A stretch of DNA of 64,000 nt from Eledone cirrhosa (taxonomy: Eukaryota): contig OZ024743.1 in the NCBI GenBank assembly GCA_964016885.1, forward strand, positions 65,596,001-65,660,000. Reading direction: 5' to 3'. A program made the translations under genes and the position numbers. Positions 18,243 through 35,690 of the stretch are shown here, in pieces. The stretch's first letter is position 1, and every line of letters starts with the position of its first letter. The notes below the pieces were generated by a model, which saw only the letters and a list, made by a program, of their open reading frames with translations, was not told the DNA's origin and searched no databases.

Positions 18243-18478
18243 GAACGATCGACTTTCGTCAAATCGGACCGAGGGAACAATGTTTCCGTTGGTCTTTCCA
18301 ATTGCTAATACTATCTATCGGTCGCAACTCCATGTAGAAGGAGCAACGTGAAATAAAGTGTCTTGCTCAAGGACATAACGCATCGCCTGGTCCAGGAATC
18401 GAACTCACAACCTTACGATTGCGAATCTAATTCTCTAACCACTCAGTTACACGCCTTCACTATATATATATATCTATA

Positions 18479-18532
<54 letters not shown>

Positions 18533-18553
18533 GATATATATATATATATATAT

Positions 18554-18590
<37 letters not shown>

Positions 18591-18822
18591 TATAGATATA
18601 TATAGGAACGATCGACTTTCGTCAAATCGGACCGAGGGAACAATGTTTCCGTTGGTCTTTCCAATTGCTAATACTATCTATCGGTCGCAACTCCAGGTAG
18701 AAGGAGCAACGTGAAATAAAGTGTCTTGCCCAAGGACATAACGCATCGCCTGGTCCAGGAATCGAACTCACAACCTTATGATTGCGAATCCAATTCTCTA
18801 ACCACTCAGCCACACGCCTTCA
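18240..18822 (-). mobile_element. Two tandem tRNA-derived SINEs (18240-18460, 18604-18822) separated by TA-rich repeat
   Basis: A box TGGCTGAGTGG, B box GAGTTCGATTCC, core GTCCTTGGGCAAGACACTT; the two copies are near-identical. Confidence 0.85.
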
Positions 18823-18827
18823 CATAT

Positions 18828-18864
<37 letters not shown>

Positions 18865-19406
18865 TATATAACGAAGGAAATGTGGTAAGGAACCAGGTGG
18901 ACCATAACGCACCAAAGTACTCAATACTTGAGGTAGTAGAGTGGGTAATAGGAACCAGTAAGACCCCGACAGCTGAGCTCAAGCCGTTTCGACGGCTAAT
19001 TCTGGACACATATATATAGATATATAGATATATATAGTATCGTATTACCTACCTGGGCGATGCGTTGTGAGGTGAGCTTAAGTAAGACACTTTATTTCAA
19101 ATTACTCCAGTTCACTCAGCTGAGGAAATGAGTTGCAACTTTAATGTTACCAAGTTGTATCGTTCTTTCCCTTTCTTTTGGACAACCACGGTGATGTGGA
19201 GAGGGTAGTCTTGTATGCATGGGTGCCTGCTGCTTTTCCACAATCCAGTAAACGACAAAATAGAGGTACAACATGAAAGTTAGACCTGTCCAGCTTTAGC
19301 CCTTTTCAGGGGTACATCAAATCAACAAATAGATAGGTACAGATTATAAAACATAGGTAGGTATGTCTATATGTTTATATGTATATATATATACATACAT
19401 ACATGC

Positions 19407-19471
<65 letters not shown>

Positions 19472-19662
19472 GGAGGTGAGTTTTATTGTAGTACAATAAA
19501 GCAATGCAGATATCGGATAAGAAGCACTCTACAGTTTGTAGGACTGGAGTATACATAATATATAAGATCAAAAATATATAAGATCATATATGTATATATA
19601 TAAGATCATAATATATAAGATCAAAATACATGGAACTCATTTAACCATCTTTTGATCTTATA

Positions 19663-19717
<55 letters not shown>

Positions 19718-19811
19718 TATATATAGGTAAGTTATTCCGGGTTGAATCGGAGGTAACCACAGTAAGTAAGGTACTCAATACATAGCAGAGTATAAAAATT
19801 ATATATAGATG

Positions 19812-19862
19812 AGATTCTACAGGACTAGAACTGTTTCATTCTTTAGAAATCATCAGGAATCT
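19812..19862 (-). ncRNA. Type I hammerhead ribozyme (family A) in fold-back 19808-19903
   Basis: AGATTC-CTGATGA-TTTCTAAAGAAT-GAA-ACAG-TTCTAGTC-CTGT-A-GAATCT. Confidence 0.8.
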
Positions 19863-19900
19863 GCTAAAGAATGAAACAGTTCTAGTCCTGTAGAATCTCA

Positions 19901-20026
<126 letters not shown>

Positions 20027-20222
20027 ATACACACACATATCATTATATATATATAAACACATACACACATATATATATATATATTTTTTACACACACACA
20101 CATATATATATATAAGGAAAAGAAATTGAAAATGCAACTGGAGTCTTTTAATAATATATATCCAGTTGCTTTTTCAATTTCTTTTCCTTATATTTAAAAA
20201 AAACCTTACTTTCTTAAATATA

Positions 20223-20316
<94 letters not shown>

Positions 20317-20419
20317 TGTGTGTGTGTTTGTCTGTGTGTTTGTCTGTGTGTGTGTGTCTGTGTGTCTGTGTGTGTCTGTGTGTTTGTCTGTTTATGTGTA
20401 TGTGTTATGTGTGTGTGTT

Positions 20420-20469
<50 letters not shown>

Positions 20470-20844
20470 CTTAGAATGAGAATAATAATACAATGGATTA
20501 TAAATGATAAGTTCAGCTAATGCGAAGAGACACGTGAATAGAAGCCCGATATATTGAAATAAATACATATCTTGTATCAGTAGACACAAGGCCTTCATAT
20601 AAAGTAATGGCCATGTTAAGTGTTTGTTAGTGAAACTACAAACAGTGTTGTATTCGTGTGTTTTTGTTTATTTAAGCACTGGCACGTGTACCAGTTATAT
20701 AATGGAACAGGAACACAAATGCACTCTCTATATAATAATCCATCAATATGATTTCCAGCTTGAGGGCTTTGGAGTGGTCAAATTGGAAGAGCGCCGGACA
20801 AAATGTCATTGTGATATTCTAGCCCTTAATAAACAATCACCAAT

Positions 20845-21255
20845 ACACTACCACACATACACACACACACACACACAGACAACATCATGCACTATCACAC
20901 ACACACTACAACATAAACACTACCACACATACACACACACACACACACACACAGACAACATCATGCACTATCACATACACACTACAACATAAACACTACC
21001 ACACATACACACACACACACAGACACACACACACAGACAACATCATGCACTATCACATACACACTACAACATAAACACTACCACACATACACACACAGAC
21101 AACATCATGCACTATCACATACACACTACAACATAAACACTACCACACACACAGACAACATCATGCACTATCACATACACACTACAACATAAACACTACC
21201 ACACACACAGACAACATCATGCACTATCACATACACACTACAACATAAACACTAC

Positions 21256-21327
<72 letters not shown>

Positions 21328-21501
21328 ACAACATGCACTATCACATACACACTACAACATAAACACTACCACACACACACAGACAACATCATGCACTATC
21401 ACATACACACTACAACATAAACACTACCACACATACACACACACACACACACACAGACAACAACATGCACTATCACATACACACTACAACATAAACACTA
21501 C

Positions 21502-21563
<62 letters not shown>

Positions 21564-21739
21564 ACATCATGCACTATCACATACACACTACAACATAAAC
21601 ACTACCACACATACACACACACACACACACACACAGACAACAACATGCACTATCACATACACACTACAACATAAACACTACCACACACACACAGACAACA
21701 TCATGCACTATCACATACACACTACAACATAAACACTAC

Positions 21740-21771
<32 letters not shown>

Positions 21772-22345
21772 GACAACAACATGCACTATCACATACACAC
21801 TACAACATAAACACTACCACACATACACACACAGACAACATCATGCACTATCACATACACTCTACAACATAAACACTACCACACATACACACACAGACAA
21901 CATCATGCACTATCACATACACACTACAACATAAACACTACCACACAAACAGACAACATCATGCACTATCACATACACACTACAACATAAACACTACCAC
22001 ACATACACACACAGACAACATCATGCACTATCACATACACACTACAACATAAACACTACCACACACAGACAACATCATGCACTATCACATACACACTACA
22101 ACATAAACACTACCACACACACACAGACAACATCATACACTATCACATACACACTACAACATAAACACTACCACACATACACACACAGACAACATCATGC
22201 ACTATCACATACACACTACAACATAAACACTACCACACACACAGACAACATCATGCACTATCACATACACACTACAACATAAACACTACCACACACACAG
22301 ACAACATCATGCACTACCACATACACACTACAACATAAACACTAC

Positions 22346-22377
<32 letters not shown>

Positions 22378-24927
22378 GACAACAACATGCACTATCACAT
22401 ACACACTACAACATAAACACTACCACACACACAGACAACAACATGCACTATCACATACACACTACAACATAAACACTACCACACACACAGACAACAGCAT
22501 GCACTATCACATACACACTACAACATAAACACTACCACACACACAGACAACAACATGCACTATCACATACACACTACAACATAAACACTACCACACACAC
22601 AGACAACAACATGCACTATCACATACACACTACAACATAAACACTACCACACACACACAGACAACAGCATGCACTATCACATACACACTACAACATAAAC
22701 ACTACCACACACACACACACAGACAACATCATGCACTATCACATACACACTACAACATAAACACTACCACACAAACAGACAACATCATGCACTATCACAT
22801 ACACACTACAACATAAACACTACCACACACACAGACAACATCATGCACTATCACATACACACTACAACATAAACACTACCACACACACAGACAACATCAT
22901 GCACTATCACATACACACTACAACATAAACACTACCACACACACAGACAACATCATGCACTATCACATACACACTACAACATAAACACTACCACACACAC
23001 AGACAACAACATGCACTATCACATACACACTACAACATAAACACTACCACACACACACAGACAACAGCATACACTATCACATACACACTACAACATAAAC
23101 ACTACCACACACACACAGAAAACAGCATGCACTATCACATACACACTACAACATAAACACTACCACACACACACAGACAACATCATGCACTATCACATAC
23201 ACACTACAACATAAACACTACCACACATACACACACAGACAACATCATGCACTATCACATACACACTACAACATAAACACTACCACACACACAGACAACA
23301 TCATGCACTATCACATACACACTACAACATAAACACTACCACACACACACAGACAACATCATGCACTATCACATACAGACTACAACATAAACACTACCAC
23401 ACACACAGACAACAACATGCACTATCACATACACACTACAACATAAACACTACCACACATACACACACAGACAACATCATGCACTATCACATACACACTA
23501 CAACATAAACACTACCACACAAACAGACAACATCATGCACTATCACATACACACTACAACATAAACACTACCACACAAACAGACAACATCATGCACTATC
23601 ACATACACACTACAACATAAACACTACCACACACACAGACAACATCATGCACTATCACATACACACTACAACATAAACACTACCACACAAACAGACAACA
23701 TCATGCACTATCACATACACACTACAACATAAACACTACCACACACACACAGACAACATCATGCACTATCACATACACACTACAACATAAACACTACCAC
23801 ACAAACAGACAACATCATGCACTATCACATACACACTACAACATAAACACTACCACACATACACACACAACAGCATGCACTATCACATACACACTACAAC
23901 ATAAACACTACCACACAAACAGACAACATCATGCACTATCACATACACACTACAACATAAACACTACCACACACACAGACAACATCATGCACTATCACAT
24001 ACACACTACAACATAAACACTACCACACATACACACACAACAGCATGCACTATCACATACACTCTACAACATAAACACTACCACACACACACACACAGAC
24101 AACAGCATGCACTATCACATACACTCTACAACATAAACACTACCACACATACACACACAACAGCATGCACTATCACATACACTCTACAACATAAACACTA
24201 CCACACACACGCACACACACACACCGACAACATCATGCACTATCACATACACACTACAACATAAACACTACCACACAAACAGACAACATCATGCACTATC
24301 ACATACACACTACAACATAAACACTACCACACACACACAGACACACACAGACAACAACATGCACTATCACATACACACTACAACATAAACACTACCACAC
24401 ACACAGACAACATCATGCACTATCACATACACACTACAACATAAACACTACCACACAAACAGACAACATCATGCACTATCACATACACACTACAACATAA
24501 ACACTACCACACACACACAGACAACATCATGCACTATCACATACACACTACAACATAAACACTACCACACATACACACACAACAGCATGCACTATCACAT
24601 ACACACTACAACATAAACACTACCACACATACACACACAACAGCATGCACTATCACATACACACTACAACATAAACACTACCACACATACACACACAACA
24701 TCATGCACTATCACATACACACTACAACATAAACACTACCACACAAACAGACAACATCATGCACTATCACATACACACTACAACATAAACACTACCACAC
24801 ACACACACACACACACACAGACAACATCGTGCACTATCACATACACACTACAACATAAACACTACCACACATACACACACAGACAACAGCATGCACTATC
24901 ACATACACTCTACAACATAAACACTAC

Positions 24928-24959
<32 letters not shown>

Positions 24960-25112
24960 ACATCATGCACTATCACATACACACTACAACATAAACACTA
25001 CCACACACACAGACAACATCATGCACTATCACATACACACTACAACATAAACACTACCACACACACAGACAACATCATGCACTATCACATACACACTACA
25101 ACATAAACACTA

Positions 25113-25149
<37 letters not shown>

Positions 25150-26224
25150 ACATCATGCACTATCACATACACACTACAACATAAACACTACCACACACAC
25201 AGACAACATCATGCACTATCACATACACACTACAACATAAACACTACCACACATACACACACAGACAACATCATGCACTATCACATACACACTACAACAT
25301 AAACACTACCACACACACACACACAGACAACATCATGCACTATCACATACACACTACAACATAAACACTACCACACACACACACAGACAACATCATGCAC
25401 TATCACATACACACTACAACATAAACACTACCACACACACAGACAACATCATGCACTATCACATACACACTACAACATAAACACTACCACACACACAGAC
25501 AACATCATGCACTATCACATACACACTACAACATAAACACTACCACACACACAGACAACATCATGCACTATCACATATACACTACAACATAAACACTACC
25601 ACACACACAGACAACAACATGCACTATCACATACACACTACAACATAAACACTACCACACACACAGACAACATCATGCACTATCACATATACACTACAAC
25701 ATAAACACTACCACACACACACACACAGACAACAACATGCACTATCACATACACACTACAACATAAACACTACCACACACAGAGACAACATCATGCACTA
25801 TCACATACACACTACAACATAAACACTACCACACACACACAGACAACAGCATGCACTATCACATATACACTACAACATAAACACTACCACACACACAGAC
25901 AACAACATGCACTATCACATACACACTACAACATAAACACTACCACACACACAGACAACAACATGCACTATCACATACACACTACAACATAAACACTACC
26001 ACACACACAGACAACATCATGCACTATCACATACACACTACAACATAAACACTACCACACATACACACACAACAGCATGCACTATCACATACACACTACA
26101 ACATAAACACTACCACACACACAGACAACATCATGCACTATCACATACACACTACAACATAAACACTACCACACACACAGACAACAACATGCACTATCAC
26201 ATACACTCTACAACATAAACACTA

Positions 26225-26259
<35 letters not shown>

Positions 26260-26425
26260 ACATCATGCACTATCACATACACTCTACAACATAAACACTA
26301 CCACACACACACACACACACACACAGACATCATGCACTATCACATACACACTACAACATAAACACTACCACACATACACACACAACAGCATGCACTATCA
26401 CATACACTCTACAACATAAACACTA

Positions 26426-26474
<49 letters not shown>

Positions 26475-27631
26475 ACAGCATGCACTATCACATACACACT
26501 ACAACATAAACACTACCACACACACACACAGGCAACATCATGCACTATCACATACACACTACAACATAAACACTACCACACACAGAGACAACATCATGCA
26601 ATATCACATACACACTACAACATAAACACTACCACACACACAGACAACATCATGCACTATCACATACACACTACAACATAAACACTACCACACATACACA
26701 GACAACATCATGCACTATCACATACACACTACAACATAAACACTACCACACACACACAGACAACATCATGCACTATCACATACACACTACAACATAAACA
26801 CTACCACACACACAGACAACATCATGCACTATCACATACACACTACAACATAAACACTACCACACACACACACACAGACAACATCATGCACTATCACATA
26901 CACACTACAACATAAACACTACCACACATACACACACAACAGCATGCACTATCACATACACACTACAACATAAACACTACCACACACACACACACAGACA
27001 ACATCATGCACTATCACATACACACTACAACATAAACACTACCACACAAACAGACAACATCATGCACTATCACATACACACTACAACATAAACACTACCA
27101 CACAAACAGACAACATCATGCACTATCACATACACACTACAACATAAACACTACCACACATACACACACAACAGCATGCACTATCACATACACACTACAA
27201 CATAAACACTACCACATACACACACACAGACAACATCATGCACTATCACATACACACTACAACATAAACACTACCACACAAACAGACAACATCATGCACT
27301 ATCACATACACACTACAACATAAACACTACCACACATACACACACAGACAACATCATGCACTATCACATACACACTACAACATAAACACTACCACACAAA
27401 CAGACAACATCATGCACTATCACATACACACTACAACATAAACACTACCACACATACACACACAACAGCATGCACTATCACATACACACTACAACATAAA
27501 CACTACCACACACACACACACAGACAACATCATGCACTATCACATACACACTACAACATAAACACTACCACACACACACACAGACAACATCATGCACTAT
27601 CACATACACACTACAACATAAACACTACCAC
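20845..27631 (+). repeat. 6.8 kb AC-rich minisatellite, ~56-bp core plus variable (CA)n, roughly 110 units
   Basis: Unit GACAACATCATGCACTATCACATACACACTACAACATAAACACTACCAC(AC)n. Confidence 0.97.
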
Positions 27632-27975
27632 CTGTTCTAAATTCAAATCCCCGTCACAGCCAACTTTACCTGTTATCCTTCCGGTGTCGATAAAAACTAA
27701 AGTACCAGTAATGTAATGTGGTTGATTTAATCAACTTTAGCCTCCCTTCAAATTTACTGGCCCTGTGCCAATATTAGAAAGAATGATTTTATTTTAATAA
27801 TTGTTTCTATTTTTGACACAAGTCCAGAAATTGCCCAGTGCATTACTGGTACTTTATTTTATCGACCCCGTAAGGATGAAAGGCAAAGTTGACCTCGGCG
27901 GGATTTGAACTCAGAATAGCAAGGGCCGTAACTCTATGCGTCAAAGCATGGCGTCCGACCCTCTACCGATACTGC
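27632..27975. mobile_element. 3' half of a split + strand SINE, followed by a minus-strand SINE copy
   Basis: Degenerate B box and AAAGTACCAGTA tail at 27632-27790; family motif in reverse at 27797-27975. Confidence 0.75.
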
Positions 27976-27989
27976 CAAAAGGGCTGGCA

Positions 27990-28195
27990 AAACAAACCGG
28001 CAGGAGACACAGGGGTAGACCCCTGAGCAAGATGGTTTCATAACATTCATGAACTTGGCTGGTCTCACTTGTGGATCCAGCAGGATTAGTTGTGGATGGT
28101 TGTTTCTGATTGACAGGACTAAGGGGGCGGGGACGAAGAAGAAGAAGAAGAAGAAGAAGATGAAGAAGAAGAAGAAGAAGAAGAAGAAGGAGGAG
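27990..28195 (+). mobile_element. RTE LINE extreme 3' end with (GAA)n tail
   Basis: Homologous to 11688-11818. Confidence 0.65.
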
Positions 28196-28386
28196 GTTGG
28201 TGGATTGGTAGCATAGGTAAAGCCTGTCGGATAAAAGGCTTTGAAGCATTTAGTTACGGCCTTTTACGGTCTGAGTTGAACCCCACCCCGACTCTCTGAT
28301 AATCTAGTCTTCATTATTTAATAATAATGGTAATCACAAATAAATGCAACTACTCCAAGGAGGTGCTTTAAAATAAGAACAAATTT

Positions 28387-28507
<121 letters not shown>

Positions 28508-28719
28508 AGTAAGAATATTTTCGAAACAGCGAGTGGGTTTGAAATTATTAGAAATGTAAGCTATCGCCGTATTTTGACTAAAGAAATTAAAGAAATTATT
28601 TAGCCTGATAGTGGGGTTAAGAACCCTCGGAGAAATGGAAAAAGATGAGTATTGACGTACATGTACTATCAGGGTAAATGTACTATCAGGCTAAATAATT
28701 TCTTTAATTTCTTTAGTCA

Positions 28720-28773
<54 letters not shown>

Positions 28774-28974
28774 CAAAGGAAGTGTGGTAAGGAACCAGAT
28801 GGACCATAACGCACCAGAGTACTCAATACTTACCACGCTAAAAATTCTAATTTAGTCCAGAATTAGCCGTCGAAACGGCTTGAGCTCTGCCGTCGGGGTC
28901 TAACATTTCCCTATATATATAGGAAAATGTTCAAGACCCCGACGGCAGAGCTCAAGCCGTTTCGACGGCTATTT

Positions 28975-29023
<49 letters not shown>

Positions 29024-29312
29024 AGAGCGTGAAATTAATAAACATTTGTTGTACTGCCTCTCTGTTTTGTCCCTGTTCAAATTTTTCCATCCTATATATA
29101 TATATATATATATTTATTTATTTAGGTTTGTACGTTCATCACTGGATAGAACTGGTCATTCCGTATGGTCAACCTCTATGTAATATTATGGAGAGTACTC
29201 AATGTAATGTAACTCACCCGTCTTCGTTTGTGTAGTTGGCGGTGTGAGTACGGAGTTAATTATTATAATATAACAGTAGGCTGCACTGGTGTAATTCCTT
29301 TAAAGGTTTATT

Positions 29313-29370
29313 ATACTATGATCACTTCAATGACCGGGTTCAGTATGAATCCGGTGACATCATCGGGTAT
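29313..29370 (-). ncRNA. Degenerate or variant hammerhead motif
   Basis: ATAC-CCGATGA-long stem II (CCGG..CCGG)-GAAG-TGATCA-TA-GTAT; two deviations from the consensus core. Confidence 0.4.
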
Positions 29371-29533
29371 TCGAAATATAACAAAGGAATATAATAGACA
29401 AAATCCATGGGGCTGAAAATCAGAGACATGAGGGCGACCGAACATTTAGCAGCTTCTACCCCGGTCGGCCGCCCTCAAGGAAAAGAGTCAGGTCCCCGAC
29501 GGCAGAGCTCCGGCCGTTTCTACAGCTATATAT

Positions 29534-29632
<99 letters not shown>

Positions 29633-29880
29633 GGTGTTAAAGTTTGCTTGAAGCATTGTGAAATGTGTAAAATATGTAGTTTAGAAAGCCACAACAATGC
29701 AGATGGGAAATCACGAGGTAGGAAGTGAGTGAGAAATAGGAGAAAAGTGAAAATTGAGAGAAACGAAAATGAAAACAAAACAAAGGTAGAAGGGTTACCG
29801 TAGTGGAGATTTAATCCCAATATTTCGGGCTCACGCCCATCAACGGGGGAAAGTTCCAAAAGGGGGGCAACAGGCTAAGC

Positions 29881-29953
<73 letters not shown>

Positions 29954-30058
29954 TACAGAGAGAGAGATGTTAAAATTTTGGCTTGTGTGTTCAGAAAACT
30001 ATCTATCTATTATCTATGTGTGTGTATAAATATATATAAATACACAGAGACACACACT

Positions 30059-30098
<40 letters not shown>

Positions 30099-30401
30099 GT
30101 TGCAACAGTGACATATAGAGGTACTTATGAGAGGTACTCATTCAGCCTGTTATATGGTATATCCATATGTGATTGACGGCTGAGAGGAAAGAGGAGTCAA
30201 TACCGAAGAAGATTTTTAATATTCGTTTTATTAAAGTTAAATATTGAGTTTTGCTACTCTGGAGTTTCGCCTGTTTTTCCTGGATAAAGAGGCGAAATTC
30301 CAAAGTAACAAGACTCACTATTTAGCTTCAATGTGTGTGTGTGTGTGTGTTTGTGCGTGTGTGTATGTGTGAATGTGTGTGTGTGTGTGTGTGTGTGCGT
30401 G

Positions 30402-30449
<48 letters not shown>

Positions 30450-30473
30450 TGTGTGTGTGTTTGTGTGTGTGTG

Positions 30474-30528
<55 letters not shown>

Positions 30529-30534
30529 TTGTGC

Positions 30535-30585
<51 letters not shown>

Positions 30586-30588
30586 TGC

Positions 30589-30641
<53 letters not shown>

Positions 30642-30904
30642 TGTGTGTGTGTATGTGTGTGTGTGTGTGTGTGTGTTTGTGTGTATTATAAAATGTCGGG
30701 ACCCCGACGGCTGAGTTTTTGCCGTTTCAACATCTAGTTCCAAACGTTTCTCCAGCCTGGAACTAGCTCGACCCTCGGGGTTCCGACTCTTTATAATATA
30801 ACCATACTCTACTACCGCAAGTATTGAGTACTCTGTTGAGTAATGGTCTAACCAGTTTCATATATATATATTTTGAGTTTCTAACTCAATACACGCTTTT
30901 GATA

Positions 30905-31192
<288 letters not shown>

Positions 31193-31307
31193 CATATATA
31201 TATACATATATATATATACATATATATATACATATATATATATATACATATACATATATATATATATACATATATGTCAAAAGCATGTATTGAGTTAGAA
31301 ATTATAC

Positions 31308-31441
<134 letters not shown>

Positions 31442-31512
31442 GTATATATATATGTATATATATATATGTATATATATATGTATATATATATATACATGTA
31501 TATATATATATA

Positions 31513-31545
<33 letters not shown>

Positions 31546-31549
31546 GTAC

Positions 31550-31586
<37 letters not shown>

Positions 31587-31849
31587 CATATATATAAAAT
31601 AAATAAAGCAAGGACGAGCGGTTACTCCTTCATTACCTTTATTGGCTGGGGACGCGCGATTCGCCACCGATCAGCTCAAGGTTCGATCTTTATCGATCTA
31701 ACCCGACTCTGTAATCAATGGACCCTTTTTTGAGGTAATGTCTAGCTCTACCCTCGATACAGAAGTCAACCTAAACATCGAGTGCTCACCCGGGTGAACG
31801 TATGCTAACTCCGCGTTACACTCTCTGATATATATATATATATATATAT

Positions 31850-32294
31850 ATACGATATCAATAAATGAAACTATATTTATAAAACCATATTTATTTCATT
31901 ATACATATTTCAGGGATACCAAATTAAAATATAGTATGCCTTGATCAGACAAAATATAATATATAAACAGTTTTATAAATAATTTTGACGTACCCTATTA
32001 AATGCAACCATTATTTTTGGAAGCTGTCTGGATAGCTTCCAAAAATAATGGTTGCATTTAATAGGGTACGTCAAAATTATTTATAAAACTGTTTATATAT
32101 TGTATTTTGTCTGATGAAGGCATACCATATTTTAATTTGGTATCCCTGAAATATGTATAATGAAATAAATATGGTTTTATAAATATAGTTTCCATTTATT
32201 AATATCGTATATCTACTCCAAAAACTTGTCGAGTGCTTTATGTCAGTTATAAAATATTTACTTGTTGTATCCCAACAATTTTAAATAGAACTTT

Positions 32295-32300
<6 letters not shown>
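31850..32300 (+). mobile_element. Family D element with 360-bp fold-back palindrome (31850-32212)
   Basis: Arms are reverse complements around ~32030 and are flanked by (TA)n. Confidence 0.85.
32103..32167 (+). ncRNA. Type I hammerhead ribozyme (family D)
   Basis: TATTTTGT-CTGATGA-AGG..TACCA..TGGTA..CCT-GAA-ATATGTAT-A-ATGAAATA. The mirror arm carries a mutated core, CTGATCA. Confidence 0.7.
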
Positions 32301-32340
<40 letters not shown>

Positions 32341-32356
32341 GCACAGATTAGGGTTT

Positions 32357-32423
<67 letters not shown>

Positions 32424-32452
32424 GCACAGATTAGGGTTTATACATACATACA

Positions 32453-32511
<59 letters not shown>

Positions 32512-32548
32512 TATAATTACAGATTAGGGTTTATACATACATACATAT

Positions 32549-32632
<84 letters not shown>

Positions 32633-34203
32633 GGAAAAGAGTCAGGACCCCGATGGCTGAGCTCCGCCCATTTCGACAGCTAGACCCGAACTAACCCACT
32701 ACTGGATTTGTTAAGGTCTAGCTGTTGAAACGGCCGGAGCTCAGCCGTCGGGGTCCCGACTCTTTTCTTATTACCCACTCTACCACCCTAAGTATCGAGT
32801 ACTCTAGTGTGTTATGGTCCACCTGGTTCCTTACCACACTTCCTTCGATATACATATACATATATATATATACACACACACTGGCATATATATAGGGTGT
32901 ATATATAAATATGTATATATACACACTTCCCATTAACACACAACTTTAATATATTTGCTAAGTAATGCTGTTTAACGAAACTATATATACTACTACATGA
33001 TGAACACATTTTTGTGTCTCTCAACCTACGCACATCCGTTTATACACATACATATACATATACATACACATACATATACATATACATACACATACATATA
33101 CATATACGAAAATATATATATACACATATACATACACACATACATATATACATACACATACACATATACATACATACATACATATATACATATATACATT
33201 TATACATACATACACACATACACACATACACACATACATACATACACACATGATGATGGCTGCCCCCTCGTTATCGAGTATGGCCATTGCACGAGAAAAA
33301 TATATATATACGCATACATACATATATACATATACATACATATACATACACATATATTAATAACAATAATAATAATAATAATAATAATAACAACAATAAT
33401 AATAACGACAACAACAACAATAATAATATACATATACATATATATATATATACACACACACATACATACATACACATATACATATATACATATATACATA
33501 TATATACATACAAATATACCTATGGATAAATACATACACACATATACATATACATACATATATATATATATATATATACATACAAATATACATATGTATA
33601 AATACATACATACATACACACATATGGATAAATACATACATACATACACACATCTGTGCCCGCATTTATACATAAATACACATATACACACACATACATA
33701 TATACGTATGGATAAAAAAACATACATATATATACATGCATACATATGGATAGATATATGGTGGCTGCCAACTCGTTTTCGAGTACGGCCACTACTTTAT
33801 ATCCATGTCGGAGAACTCCTACCGATGCGCCGAACGAGTGTGACTTTTAGTCCAGCCAGCGACTTGAAAACTCTGGTACAAACACTACACTTGTGACAAT
33901 TATTGACACATAGTGCTGGGCCCATGGTTCCATGTGACGACAAGTGCAGAGATATCTCCAGATATAAAGCAATGCCTGTGCCGTGAAGCTTTTATAGTGA
34001 GCAAAGGCACTGCACAAAGCCAGTCCCACTCTCTTAACCAAGATGATATTTACCAAAAAGAAGAACAAGTCAACATCATTGGATACCATCAGAGTTGCAG
34101 GTGTTATATTAGAGTTTTCCTTCTCCCAGAATTCTGCCTTGACATGCTTACATACCCACATACACACATTCGTATATACATTTTTAAATCAGTATATATA
34201 CAT

Positions 34204-34246
<43 letters not shown>

Positions 34247-34319
34247 CACGCATACATATATAATTACATCCATCCATCCTTCCATTCATGCCTATATATA
34301 TATATACACACACACACAC

Positions 34320-34392
<73 letters not shown>

Positions 34393-34514
34393 CACACACA
34401 CTCACACTCATATATAAATATACATATACACACACGTATATATATACATATAGACACACACATATATATATGTATATATACGCATGCATATATAATTACA
34501 TCCATCCATCAATG

Positions 34515-34585
<71 letters not shown>

Positions 34586-34760
34586 GTACACACACATACG
34601 CACACACACACATATATATATATACACACATATATGCACACATATCCATATATACACATCCATACACACACACCCACACATATTGATAATTGAACTTATA
34701 ACATAAAGTTCATATGAAGATATGTCACTAGCGAACTAAAATATTGGTACCCTTGAAATA

Positions 34761-35690
34761 TCTATATATCTAAAACAGAGAATGCCTGTCTGTCTGTCTG
34801 ACTGATTCCTCGAAACTCGAGAACCACCCAACCGATTTTTTTCAAACTTTCCACATGTAATACTTATGGTCGTGTGAGTGTTTTGAGCAAAAGATATTTC
34901 AAATTTTCAATGCCCTAGGGACCGCATTAGGCACCGGTTAGCGATCTCTCTCTCTCTTTCTTAGTCTGTCTTTTTAGATAGATACATAGCTATAACGTCG
35001 CGCCCTTATAATATCTGTTTGTATGTCTGGCTGTCTGCATTACGACATTATGACAAACATTGTTCTCATTGCTGACGTATTATCTTCGCTATTTTCCGTT
35101 CATTGTCAGGGAACGTCTTCACGAACCAAAGTATCGTCTTCCTGTCTTCCTTCGGTTGCAACGTTTTTCGAAATATATACTTCTGCGTTTACAGATTGAT
35201 TTTTTGAGCTTCAGAAGATCCCGTTAATGGTGAAAGCAGCGATTCTTTGCTTAAACTTTAATCTGTTATTTTAATATATGTTTTCACGTTGGCTGCTCAA
35301 GAGTGGGAAGCAAGACATGCATATGCATATGCCCGACACGGAAGAACAAGGAACATTGTGTACAAGGAGGTGCTACAATCATTTTTTAGGTAGACGAGGC
35401 AGAAGGGGATATACACGATTGGCTGAAGAAGGACGAGACTGCGTTAGTAATACGACCAACGGCTGCTATCACACCAAAAGCAGCAAAAACAACAAGAAAA
35501 AAGAGAGGGAACGCAATAACATGTTTTTGAAAAATGTTAATGGAAAATTATTTGCCTATTCACCCAAGGCGACTTTTTATTAGGACTTCTGCATCAATTG
35601 GTGAACATACGACGAAACTGTTTCAGAAAGGAGGGATAAACATGCCAATCTATGTTTAGAATCTCGAGCAACGCCGGTCCATTCTGCTAG
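34761..35690 (+). mobile_element. Non-autonomous Helitron
   Basis: A|TCTATATATC start, (CTGT)n near the 5' end, GCAACGCCGG..CTGCTAG|T end. Inserted between A and T with no target-site duplication. Confidence 0.8.
35060..35275 (+). mobile_element. Penelope pLTR (family F) fragment inside the Helitron, HHR variant at 35207-35257
   Basis: Reverse-complement homolog of ~45843-46050. Confidence 0.75.

Noticed and set aside
20845-27631. Regular repeat array resembling CRISPR
   Set aside because: The 'spacers' are only (CA)n length variants, there are no unique spacers or cas genes, and the context is eukaryotic.
32335-32540. Three TTAGGG-containing units
   Set aside because: Single hexamers within a locally triplicated segment, not a telomeric array.
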